A DNA stretch of 59,889 nt from Rhina ancylostomus (Eukaryota), in contig JARFYF010000001.1 in the NCBI GenBank assembly GCA_030265395.1, forward strand, positions 55,459,544 through 55,519,432, written 5' to 3'. Under the pieces are notes generated by a model. The model saw only the letters and a list, made by a program, of their open reading frames with translations, was not told where the DNA came from and did not search any database. Of the stretch, positions 12,430 through 24,440 are shown in pieces. Numbering within the stretch: the first letter of the stretch is position 1; every line of letters starts with the position of its first letter. A program made the position numbers and the translations under genes.

Positions 12430-12790
12430 TACTGACAAGATGGTCGCTGGGACTAGGCCCCAGCGAGCGTGGCTCCCGTCAATTCGGACGGATTTTGCGG
12501 GGGGGGGGGTGGCGGCGCTGCCGATATCTCCCCAATGCCTTGAGCTGTCCGCTACAGGCGGGCGGGTCGCTGCTGCCCGGGTACCCGCTCCGTCTCGGCG
12601 CTGACTGAGCCCCCGGGCCGGCCGGCCGCCACAGAACATTCTAGACCGCTTCCGGCCCGGCCCGGCACAGCAGCCGGCGCCGCCGCCGCCGCCGCCATTA
12701 CTGCACCACCGAGCCCCGCAAAACATCCGCCAGAATCATCGGTCCCGAGCGAGATAAATAACCACGGAGGGAAAGTTGGGGAGGGGGGGA
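12430..12790. promoter_or_regulatory. CpG island, probable slc39a10 promoter / non-coding first-exon region
   Basis: This is the only strongly GC- and CpG-rich non-repeat segment in an AT-rich window, about 21 kb upstream of the ATG exon, which has a splice acceptor and so needs an upstream exon. It contains an HSE-like aGAAcaTTCtaGAcc (12633-12647), an ETS site ccgcttccgg (12646-12655), (GCC)6 at 12679-12696 and a YY1-like gccgccatt (12691-12699). The TSS was not determined. Confidence 0.7.
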
Positions 12791-12857
12791 AAGAATAAAA
12801 TGAGGCCAATGTAGGATTAATGTGAATGGGTGCTTGAGTGCAGACTTGGTGGGAAAG

Positions 12858-13317
12858 ATATAGGAGAATTAGGCAATTCAGCCCAGCGAGACTACTCTGC
12901 CATTCAGTCATGGCTGATCTTTCTTTCAACCCCATTCTCCCACCTTCTCCCCGTAACCCTTAACCGCCTTACTAATCAAGAACGCATCAATCTCTGCCTT
13001 AAATACACCCAATGACTTGGCCTCCGCAGCCATCTGTGGCAACGAATTCCACAGATTCACTCCTCTCTGGCTGAAGAAAGTCCTCCTCATCTCAGTTTTA
13101 AAGGGACTTCCTTTATTCCTGGAAGGATCTCAGACCCTTCGATCTGAGACTCTCCAAACACCCTCTCCACGTCCACTCTATCCGGGCCTTTCAGTATTCA
13201 GCAGGTTTCCAGGAGATTCCCCCCTTATCCTCCTGAACTCCATCGAGTACAGGCCCAGAGCCATCAAACGCTCCTCTTATGACAAGTCTTTCATTCCCAG
13301 GATCATTCTTGTGAACC
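12858..13317 (-). mobile_element. CR1 LINE 3' fragment directly right of the CpG island
   Basis: The reverse complement encodes RFTRMILGMKDLS.EERLMALGLYSMEFRRIRG and FSQRGVNLWNSLPQMAAEA. Confidence 0.85.
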
Positions 13318-13611
13318 AGTTTCTGTTCTGTTTGACTCTATAACAGTGTTCAGACTATTATATAGAGTGCAGTTAAGTTCAGGCTGTCCAGAATTACAGC
13401 AACTTTTCCAATACACTGAATGCAAGTCAAAGTTACGCCTCCTGGTGCCTCGTCGCACAGCCCACTCAATGTGGCTGTCAACTGAGATACTGACAAACTT
13501 CTTAAAAACTCATTTTCAGGACAGGGGAAATTGCTGGCAGGGCAGGGATTTATTTCCCATGTGTAATTGCCTATTCGGGGGTGGAGATGTCCCCCTGCCT
13601 TGAACTTCTGG

Positions 13612-13736
13612 CATTCTATAGATGTGCGGCAGAGAGCAGTCTGACTGGTTGCATCACACCCTGGTATGGAGGCTCCAATGCACAGGATCACAAGAGGCTG
13701 CAGAGGGTTGTAGACTCAGCCAGCTCCATCACGGGC
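13612..13736 (+). mobile_element. Rex/Babar LINE fragment, cut by a gap
   Basis: FYRCAAESSLTGCITPWYGGSNAQDHKRLQRVVDSASSITG. Confidence 0.8.
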
Positions 13737-13836
13737 NNNNNNNNNNNNNNNNNNNNNNNNNNNNNNNNNNNNNNNNNNNNNNNNNNNNNNNNNNNNNNNN
13801 NNNNNNNNNNNNNNNNNNNNNNNNNNNNNNNNNNNN

Positions 13837-14240
13837 CTGGTTTTATTCTCTTGTTGTCCTGGGGCAGTGGGTGCAGCCATTCGGGGAGCTGCCGGCCCGT
13901 TCTTCCCCCCCCCCCCCCCAACATTGAGACCAGAGGGTTGGAGTGCTGGGGTTGGGGATGATTTTGCTTTCTCCTTTCGCTGCAATTTTCTATCCGCAGT
14001 TTGGCGCATTTTTTAGCATTAGCCCAAACACGGCGAGCCTCGATTATTTTCAAGTTTCTTCTCTCCCAACTGTGGAAGATCAGGATTAAAATATCTAGCA
14101 GTTAAACCGCAAATTGGGAGAAATAGCTATCGAGGCGTTGCATTATAATTGTTGAAATGCCGCCTTGAAGCAGAACAAGGAGAGCTTCGGCAGATAGCTT
14201 CTGGAAATGTAATGTCATTGTTTCCGAATTGCTGACTAAC
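13837..14240. promoter_or_regulatory. CpG-enriched flank directly right of an assembly gap; possible 3' edge of a second or continuing CpG island
   Basis: More than a dozen CpGs in about 400 bp of non-repeat sequence, decaying rightwards. MRE core TGCACCC on the minus strand at 13869-13875. Confidence 0.45.
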
Positions 14241-17200
14241 GCAATTTGTTAATTCATTTTAAAAAAAGTTTTTAGAATTAGTCATTATTCCAATGATTTG
14301 TTAATGGATATTTTCACACTAAAGGCATACAGTATATTGCAGGTTTATGTAGCACTTGCATGTTAAAATTTCAAATTGCTGCTCTTCTCAACTGCAGCTT
14401 GAATTTTGATATTCCATAATGGTTTATCTGTTACAGGTTGAATGACGTTCCCATGTGGGTACTTTTCACTTGAGTGCCCTTTCAGGGTTGGCCAAATTTT
14501 ACTGTGGCATAAGTTTCTCAAATGCTGAATCTGTCACATATGAGTTATCTTAGAAATATTAGAAACCCAAATAAAAAGGTGGAAATGATAAACGTTTTGT
14601 ATGTGGCCATGTCAGGGTTTAAAATTTTCATTTGATGCTGCTGCTTGATGTAGTTGAATATGCTGTTTTGAAATTAATACCTCATACCAATTTTTATTGG
14701 TTTATCACATTTGTTCATTTTAATCGAGGATGATAAATATAAACAGTTGATCTGATGGGGTTAAGGTACAATCCATCTGAGAAGTATGGGTAAAATAAAT
14801 CATAACCTTGATCCTCTTTTTTTAGACAGTGGTGGTAGTGTTGGGAGTATAATGGCTGTCTGAATTTGTATTCTGGGCACAGTTGAGCACATAACCGATA
14901 GTGCCATCTGGTTAATACTGACCTGTCTGAATCCTAGTATTTCCATACATCATTGTAAGCTAACTGGCAATTTGAAGAATGAAGTAAGAAAACCTAAATA
15001 ATTCAGTTTCTTTTCAATTTTTGGGCTGCATTGTACCAATATTTGCATTTGAGTTCTGATCTGGCAGACAAGTGCATGAAGTCAGAGACATAACACCATC
15101 TGCAGCTTGGATTTTAGTATTGGCCATTTGAATATCTTGTGAATTCAACCTGCTGAGATCAGTACAAGGTACCAATCCAACAAGTGTTCCATGACCCGGT
15201 TTTTAAAATTTAAAGCTATTATATAGTCTACTGCATAGAAACTAGAAATTTGACTCAACTATTTATTAATGTTCCACACAAGCTGCTTTCCCATATTGAC
15301 CTTCCCACCCTGCTAAATCCACCATCTCTGCTTCTAATCCTATCGGTATTCTTGTTTCTTTCTCACTTGTGCTTATCCAGCTTTGTCTTAAATGTATCAA
15401 TACCATTCATTTCTATTACTGCTAGTAGCAAGTTCCATATTCTTGAGTTTGTTGGTGCATGAGGTCTTCAATTACCAATTGAATTATAACTTTTGTATTT
15501 GTCTCCTAATTTCAGATGCCCTTCAAGTGAAAACACTTTCTGTCTACACTTTCAAACATTAGTATCCACGATGACAACCTTAGTAAATGTTGATTTTTAG
15601 TTTTGTTGTAAATACTTTTTGCAGTTGCAGTTATCCATATTGTCTGATTTATTGCAATTTATAAAATTTGAAGGCTAACAAAGCCTATTGCCTCTATTCA
15701 GTGTAGTACAGTATTTTACAAAATTGTTGAAAAGTAAATGCTGTCCTATATTCAAAATCAGTTGTAGATGTAGCAAATATATTTCAAGCCTTCATTGTAT
15801 TGCCAACTCTTTATTTTAATTTGGATTTGGATCAAAAGTTGCTGAAGCAAAAAAACTTGAATTATTTGGACTTTGCAATTCTGTTTATAATTTGTTCTGG
15901 TGGGGGAAAAAATTAATTTAACCCTATTTTAGAGTTTGTAACTAATCTCAGTTGTGGGCCAAATTGTCATTTGAGTCTTCACAGCAAACATTGAGTGAAC
16001 CAAGTAGCTTTCACAAGTCCTATCATGGAAAGGATTTGTGTTGTGTGCATGCAACATGTGATTCAAGCTAATGTTGGTTTCGCTTCAAACTACACTTCCC
16101 AATCACAGATTGTGAATTCTTTTAGACAAAACATTATTCTAGCACAGAATGTGGTTGCCATAGCACCAGCTTGCAAATTTGCATTCATTAACAATAATCA
16201 AGTTCGTAGTTAAGATTCTAAACTGGGGAATATAGGGGACAAAAACAATTTGCAAACAAATCTACACTTATGAAGTGATTGGAGAAAAGACCAATTTATT
16301 TAAAATAGCATATTTGTGGGTTTGCACCCAAAGATTAAATATAGGTACTACATTCAAGTGACAAAAGATGATCTACTCTTCCAGATATAATGAGGTCCTT
16401 AATTTGAATTTGTTCATTATGCCCTTCCACTATCATTATCAATTCCTCTGTCCACACTTGTGATTAAAATCTTGTGTAAACCTGTCATTTCTATAATTGC
16501 ACTCCCACCTCTTGACAGCATTTTTGTTGAAGATGATAATGTGCAATATAAAAACATGGTAAAGTAGTTCAGTGAAGCAACAGCAACAGAGATTACAGAT
16601 GAGCCTGCTGCTGCTTCATAATTAGTTTTTTTTGCAAATATATACTTGTGATATCTAGTGGAGTCATAGCTGAGCTGGGTATTACTTTAAAATGGCAGTC
16701 TTTCTTGTTAAGAAATCTTTGTCCTTTTATAATGAAAAAATATATATGTATTACAGTACTGCAGATATTATTGCAGGTTTATCAGATATGAAATTTGAAC
16801 AGGTAAGTCATTTAAAACAAAAATGCATTCAGAAGAGAGAACTAATGGCATTACCTATTTGTCGCTGATTAGCTTAGCTGGGCAGTCCAAGAAAGACCCT
16901 TAGTTCAGTGACCATTTTGCAATTGTCCAAGTTCATACAATAGCAATGTCTTGGGTTAGGGATGGGGCTTTCCGTTGCTACTTAGTGACCCTGCTCCTTT
17001 TTGTACTTCAAGTGCATACAAAACTAGGTTTGACTTGTATTCTTCCATGATATTATCAACTATCCGCAGGATGGATTTTTAAGGGTAAGTGGTAGTGGTG
17101 TTTCTTTAAATTGAGGATTTGCATGCCTATGAAAAAATTATTATTTGCAAAGCTCCTCAGATGAGTTTGCTGTGTTAGATTTTAAGCAATTATTTTGTTT

Positions 17201-17519
17201 TAGAATCACCTTGTACAATCAGTTTAAATTACTTTTAAAAGATTTCACAAAATGGAAATTGATATATGCACACGAGTCACAATGGGCTAGATATTTTTCA
17301 TTTACATGATTATGAACATTATTTAGTATTAATAGAATGAAATAATGAAAGATGGACCCACTTCCTTTAACAACATTTAAGTGCATCATGATATTTGACT
17401 ATTGGATTTATCTGCCTACTGAAATGTTCATTTCTGCCTTCAGAATATCCAACAAAATTCTCTAATAATAATTAAGTTCTCTTCTATATAGATTTCAGAA
17501 CATTATGGCTCAACTTGGA

Positions 17520-17960
17520 TCGCAAGTACTCCTCAAGCTCATGTTCTTGTAATGCATTATTGGTTAGTTGCCTTGGCATTAACTTCATGAGTTCATGTCT
17601 GCAAATCTATTCTATGTTCAATCCCTTACCATTGCTCCATAACAACCTCTTCAAATTCGATCTTGTGACAAAGTGTTGGGTAATTCCATTCTATAATGTA
17701 TGTTGCATTGATTCTTCGAGTACATCAGGAGTTACCATTGTAAAATGTTCTAATCATTATCACATTCTTGAATGTACATTGGCTGTTTGCAATGGCTGTA
17801 TAGCAGTTTGAGGTTCTCTAATAGTGAAAGAGCAACATAACTACCCTTTGTTTCATTTTGGATTGACTGAAAAGACTGGGTGGTGGAGAATTGTTTATTA
17901 TGAATGTTACAATGAACAAATATTTAATGTCTGCATTGAACCAGTTGAAGATGAAAACAG
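17520..17960 (-). mobile_element. Very decayed pogo/Tigger-like DDE transposase remnant
   Basis: Ordered minus-strand peptides FNWFN..IKYL..IINNSP, SLFSQSKMKQRVVMLLFHY*R, IQEC..D*NIL and QLTNNALQE resemble the pogo DDE_1 motifs DWF..KYL..LDNAP, SLIQPMDQGVIATFKAYYLR, EFWKDYNIL and ELTNEEL. Matched by eye only. Confidence 0.45.
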
Positions 17961-18594
17961 GACCACAGGACATTCTAAAAAAGTTCATCATTCCACAGAA
18001 TGTCATTAGTGATAGTTAGGATTTTGTAATTCGCTATAAAATATCTTCTCCCATGTTATTTCTTTGATTATCTGTATAGTATTTTTAATGTAGTAAAGCT
18101 TACTAAGCTAAGAGATATCATGGTGAATAAAATTTAATTTCAAGGTATCTGAAGTACTAGGAGACAAGCTTGATCAGGATGTTTTTAAAGGAGTTTGATG
18201 TCTTTTAAGACTGGCATAGGTTTAGAGAGCAGATTTCAGAACCTGATGTCTGGGTAATGGCCACCAATGGCAAGGTAAAGGAAATTTGGGGGATTGTGGA
18301 AGAAATTCAGTAATGGAGAATTCACAAGATCTTTGCAGGGTTGTTATGAGATTTTGGAAATAAGATGCCACTGATGGAGTTAAACAGAGACTTTAACATT
18401 GGAGGTTTCAAAAGGTCACTGGCCTGAAACATCACTGTCATTGCCTTGAGTAGGATTGGCCAGTGTTATGGAAGTGGAAGAGATCGTGGTAATATGACAT
18501 GTTAGTGGAAGCTGTGACTATGTCTTCATGGAGTCCAGACCTCTGATCTCTGGCATCCCTTTCACTGAAATTGGATAATCAGAGAAAGACTCTT

Positions 18595-18845
18595 GGGTGG
18601 CACAGTAGCGTAGTGGTTAGCATGACGCTATTACAGCACCAGCGATCTGGGTTCGATTCCCGCCGCTGCCTGTAAAGAGTTTGTACGTTCTCCCATGTCT
18701 GCGTAGGTTTCCTCCCACATTCCAAAAACATACGGGTAGGTTAATTTGGGGTTGAAAATGGGTGGCGTGGACGCATTGGACGGAAGGGCCTGTTACCATG
18801 CTGTAAATAAAATTTTAAAAATTTTTAAATTTTAAATTTTGAAAT
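18595..18845 (+). mobile_element. tRNA-derived V-type SINE with CR1-like tail and intact Pol III boxes
   Basis: A-box tagcgtagtgg, B-box ggttcgattcc, tail ggaagggcctgttaccatgctgta, then an AT-rich (aaatttt)n stretch. Confidence 0.88.
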
Positions 18846-19189
18846 ATTATTTTAAGAAGACTACCTATTGTGCCTGCCATCTGCAGTCTTTGGTATCTCT
18901 AGCAAGTGAAGAATAGAGCCACTCTGAGTTCATAGGTCCAGCCTGTACATTTGCATCATACCTGTTCTATCAATTTCTTTAATTAGTGGTATTAATTTGT
19001 AAATAGTCCAGATATCACATTTTCATTTGCTTTTTGCATAACCTGAATTTTCTCCTCTCCACTTTGTTTCCCTTTTGTTGCTTTCATCTGTATTACGAGT
19101 GTTGAATAGAATCTAACAATAGAGAATATGCTGGCAGGAAGGCCACAGCAAGAGTATTGTCCATATTTTTGGCCAGCACACCACCGGAA

Positions 19190-19630
19190 CAATGTAGTAG
19201 CACTAGATGATGCAAAAGATTTAAAGGGTTATTACAGTGGTAAATTGTATCTGTGAAGGCAAACCTTTCTCTGGAACAAAGGTTTTGTAGAGATGTGTAA
19301 AATTTGGACATGACTTGACAGTGATTGTTTCCCTAGGCAGAGGTGTTGATAACTAAGTCTTTGTCCCTTAACTTTTTTGGTAGAAGGGTTGGAAGAGTTG
19401 GTGGGGTGGGTGGGGGGTGGAATATGTGGTGGTAGATTTTTGAAGTCTTTACTTGGAAGTGTAGTGGAGGTGGAAACCACATTTTGAAGAGTATCTGGAT
19501 AAGCACTTGAAGTTATGGAATCTCTGAGGTTAAAGAGCAAGAGCTATAGGAAGTGAGAGTAACCTAATGGCTCTGTTTTTTGATCAGCGTAGACCTGATG
19601 GGTTGAATGGCATCCACTGTGCTGTAAATA
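19190..19630 (+). mobile_element. Old CR1 3' fragment
   Basis: ttttctctggaacaaagg...tagagatgtgtaaaatt (FSLE...EMCKI) and tail gggttgaatggcatccactgtgctgtaa. Confidence 0.6.
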
Positions 19631-22600
19631 TGTGATGTTTTCCCTCTGTTTTCTGACTTGCATATTAACCCATTCTGCATTTTCTTTTAACCTACATTCC
19701 CAAAATTGGGTACAATCAAGCTGACCTAGTCAAGCTGGGATTGCTGCTTGTGAACCCTGCACCCAGCCCAGGTTATGTTTGCTGGCACTTTTGCACTATA
19801 GAATCCAACCATGTGGTCCATGAACCATTGTTGCTGGTGTGGTGTGGAAGCTAGCAGTAAAGTTGGGAAATGGCATGACTTTGCTTTCTCTCAAAGCTGT
19901 TGGGGTCATTTTCAAAATGGTCAAATGTTTTTTTTATTTAAATTGAACCAACTAAAAACTGGAAAAATTAGTGGCAATTTTCTGGTGTATTGGTCAGGAT
20001 ATGCAGCAAAACTGTCTTCCCCACAGAGTCCAAGGCCTGGACCTCAAGGTTACAGTGTACTTGTGGAAGTTCTTGACTGACTTTGGTTTCAGCACCTGAA
20101 ACCGTAGCCAGCATGATCCTGCTTATTTGTGCTCAGCAGTCCTGGCCTTGGCAATGATCTTATTCTGCTCCATTGTTTCTGCTTCAGGAAGTGCTGACTT
20201 TTTGAAATGGTGTTCTGTTTGGCTGCCTTTAATTTGTATTTAAAGAAAAATAGTTAAATTAAAAGATGTCCAAAGAGAACCTGGGGAAAAATAAATGATA
20301 TACCAAATGCCTTGGGGCAGTAGGATGTCAGGAGGAAATAGGCAGTCTCTGTTGACGGGAATCTTGGATTCATACAATTGCAAGGCTGTGTCAGAGAATA
20401 GTTGCTGATTTTGCACTTGATTGGTTGCAACTAATGCAATTAAGTATTTAAGTTACAATGCTGAGCTTCAAGGAACGATCATAGATTGCACACTTGTGGT
20501 TAATTGAAGTACGTAATGTATCTTTAAATATTGAAATTCAGAATTCAGTACATCCAGGTTTTTTTCCCAAAAGGGGAGCCTACTTGTAATTAAGAAATGC
20601 ATAATGCTTTTCTGCATTGAGGCTGAGATTAATTCCTGCCATTGGTCATAGGTGGGAATCTTAAACATTGTATTAATGGGTACATTTGCTTCAAATATCT
20701 ATCTTGCTGATTAAATAATGGCTGTTCATGGTCCAGGTTTGAAACTCCCATTTTCATTGAAGTTTGTTGGTGGTTTTAAAAAATGCTGTTGCTCGTTTGC
20801 ATATTTATTTCACACCTTCTGTTGCCTGGCTGTCCCAAATATCCCATGTGTCTACCATCAACATGCTTGCCCAGTGCAGCATCATGTAGGAAGCCAGCCC
20901 ATAACTATTTAAAGTGCTTTCAAAGCATACTTGCACATCTAAAAGTCAGAATGTAGTACCAATGCAATTGACACTACCACATACAGTTTTTGCCGCCATG
21001 ATTTGGTGGTGGGGGAGGGGGTGGCAACAGTATTAGAAGGACTGCTTTGGGGAGGTGGTATCGAGGAGCTGCTAAGAGGCTGAAGGATCATACTGAATCC
21101 AGTAGATGGAGTATTTAGCCCTGGACTGCTGATCTGTCATCTCCCAAGATTGTTAATCCTCACACCTGTTTACCCTATCATCCAGCCCTCCCTAGTTCAA
21201 TATCACATTCATTTTTTTCTCCCTTTCTGACTTCCATGCCATTTCTTTACTTCCTGTCCAGTTATCCTGTGGTTCAGAAGATGTTCATTGAAATGGTGAA
21301 GCTCAGGCAACTTTTTTGACTGCTGACCACTAACTAACTGGACCCCACCATATAAGCTGCTCTATCTAGTGACTTTCCTGTCTTATAAAACTCCTGGCAC
21401 TATCCAGATTGAGCTGTGCATTTCCTCCACTAGCTTTGGAAAAGAATGTCTTTCCCTCTTTGAACATCAAAGGAGCCCCAATAATTTGAGAAATCCCAGT
21501 TCCTTCTGTCAGGACTCCCAACCAAATATGACCAAAATTAAGAACCACACCTCATTGGAGAGATATCTGTACTAAAGCCTTTGGCTTTCAATCATGTTGT
21601 AGACAATGTTCAAGATCTTTCAGTGTTAATGAACCACAGTGTTAATAACGCACCGTAATAATGAAAAACCTTGCCTGATAGAGCTGCAAAGCTGAGTCCC
21701 TCTACCTCATGGTGATGCTGTACCCTGCAGTTCTTCCATGCCTTCATGGTCCACTGGAGTTGCTGAACTCTGCTATCTCCATTCTGTGCCCTATTTTCTG
21801 CTCTTGCCATGTTCTTAAGTGGTAGGTGCCAATCACACCCCTAATGTTGCACTGCAGTGATTCAAGAAAGTGTCTCCCTTCCACTTTCTAAAGGACACTT
21901 AAGGGTAGGCAATAAATGCTAGCCTTGTTTGCGTTGTCCACATCCTGCAAATGAATTTTAAAACAACTTCCGATTTCTTTACAGATTTTGAAGACTGCTT
22001 TGCCTACGTCACTACTTGTCCAAATAAAATATATCCCTGCCCTGCACAGTATATCTGCTGACTCATTCTGAATGTGGCCACAGTAGATTTTCAAATTGTG
22101 ACACAACCCTGTAAAAGCTGACTAATTTAGCTAGGTCGAATCTTTTCCATCTGGTGTAAGTACAAAATGTATTACTATGAACAAATTGAACTATCTGTGA
22201 GTTAAGTCTTAACTGAAGTTTTGATACTCTGGGGGTGTGAGGAGGGTGGGTGCTGGAGTGGTAGTGAAAAGATGTTTGCCACTCAACCTTGCTCGCAAGA
22301 CCAGTTGGCTCCTTGGTGAACGTCATGTTTTCTCTGTCAACAAATGCTGAGGTGATATTTTTGAATAGCTCTTTTCCACAAATATGATGTGGATTCCCAA
22401 AGCTCCAATGAATGGAATTCTCTTTATGAAACTCCCTACCTTCTCTTCTGTGATGAGTGTGCAATCTTTTACCATACTAAAGGTGCTACAAATACATGTT
22501 GTTGATAATGCAAGTAGATTGTGGTTTTTTTTTTGGCATTTTTATCAATTACAAATAGTGCCCTTTGTTTAACATCTTTTCTCTCTTTTCTCTCCCCCCC

Positions 22601-23699
22601 CACCCGAATTTAAACAGAGTAACAACTGGTTAAGTTGTTGCAAAAGGATACTTTTGGGTGATGCCAGTAGCTGGCATCCCCTCAATTATCTAAATGTCCT
22701 TGCGAATTTTGAAGGCTATAATAAGTATCTATACCAAAAAGTTCCGTTCATACTGTGTTCCATGTTTTTGTGATATCCCAAAGTGTTTCCCTGTGAAGTA
22801 CTGTTATGGCATTAAAGAATTGTGAATCCTCCTGTTGGAGATTGCAAGGCAGCATGTGCAGATAGACTATTCTTTTGGACAAAAGAAGCTTCTCCATAGC
22901 TGAAGAAAATTAGTTCCATTTTTGGAACACTGTAAAGACAAGCTCTTGGATGTGCAATATTCTTAGCATTCTTGGCAAATAGAGAACCTATCATTGTTGG
23001 AAAANNNNNNNNNNNNNNNNNNNNNNNNNNNNNNNNNNNNNNNNNNNNNNNNNNNNNNNNNNNNNNNNNNNNNAAAATGTATTCTTAGAATAATGTGCTT
23101 TCTAATTATGGTTAATGCCTTCCAGCAGGACTTGAGTATATAAGGTAAACAGGTACATATGTGCAGCATTGAGGAATTCTTATCTTAAACTTGGTGTTCA
23201 TCTGCTTATTCACTTGAATGTAGGTATGGTATTCAAAGAGAACAAGGAGTTTGTAGTGTAGAACTTTCTAAGATTTGCATCTGTAAATATCTAAGGAACT
23301 GTCCATTCAGCACTGTCCAAAATCTGTTAGTTGAGAAGACCCTCATCAGTTGTAAAAGCTTAACAAAAATTGTCATGCATAGAAGCTCTTGCTCAGTTTT
23401 GCTTGGGTCTACTTACATTGTTAAGTCAGAGTTGATGAATGACTGCCATCAAAATAAGAAGTGGGAGTCATCTCAACTTAATACCTGTTTTACCTGTTGC
23501 CTTAGAAAAATTTGCATGTTTGCAGAGCTATTTTTAACACAAACCAAAATATTTTCCTGAATGTTAAGAGTATGCCCACCTTGCATTTAAATTGTCCCAA
23601 AGCTGTAATTGGTTGTATTTCTAAATTGATGGAAATTAATTTTACATTGTAACTCAATGTTTTTGTAGGAAGGGTAGTATTATCTGACAACACTACACA

Positions 23700-24440
23700 T
23701 AGGAGTAGGCCATCTGACCTCTGGCCTGCCATTAATATCATTGTGGCTTATTTGCCCAAGGCCTCAACTCTTCATTGCTAGTTCCCCATTGCGCTCAATC
23801 CCCCAATGTTTCAAAAACAAAATTAACCTCTTTAAATGCCTCTAGCCTTCACAGGTAGAGAATTCAAGAGATTCAACCCCTCTCAGTAATAAGAAATTCC
23901 TTGCACACCTGCACTTTTAAACAACTGCCCCCTTCTAACCATGTCCCCTTATTCAAGACTCTCCCATTAATGGTAACACCTGTCTTGTCATGCCTACTTA
24001 GGATCTTATTTATTTCAATAAGATCTTCCTACATTATCTACATTCTTTGAAGTTTAGAATATAACTTTACCCCTTTGTGATAGGACAACACTTTCATCCC
24101 AGGAAATGCTTAAGTGAAACTTGAATATGCTAATATTTAAATAAGGGGGCCAAAACTATGCACAGCACTCCAGATACAGTCTCGGCAGCACCAAATACAA
24201 TTGTAACAACTTCTCAATTGCTATGGGGTTGGAATTTTTAGAAGAACACCTAACTGCCTCATTTGCCATGTCTCTCCATTAAGATGGTCTGCCTTTTGAT
24301 TCCTCCTACCAAAGTGTTTGGTCTATCAATACCCTACGTTAAACTTTATTTGCCAGGTTTTCCCCTAATCACTCAGCTATATATATCCTGTTGCAGATTC
24401 CAAATTTCCTCATACCCTCCCACCTACTTTCATGCCATTG
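23700..24440 (-). mobile_element. Old CR1 3' fragment
   Basis: ggccaaaactatgcacagcactccagat (rev. LECCA.FWP) and ctagagaattcaagagattcaac-type 3' end; same layout as 8400-8930. Confidence 0.65.

Noticed and set aside
12552-12935. Minus-strand ORF with MAAAAAAP as a protein-coding first exon
   Set aside because: It stops after about 48 codons from that ATG, has no recognisable homology and no strong donor. Open frames are expected in GC-rich DNA, and its 5' part is CR1.
18595-18670. tRNA gene
   Set aside because: The A and B boxes continue into a SINE core and LINE tail, with several related copies in the window.
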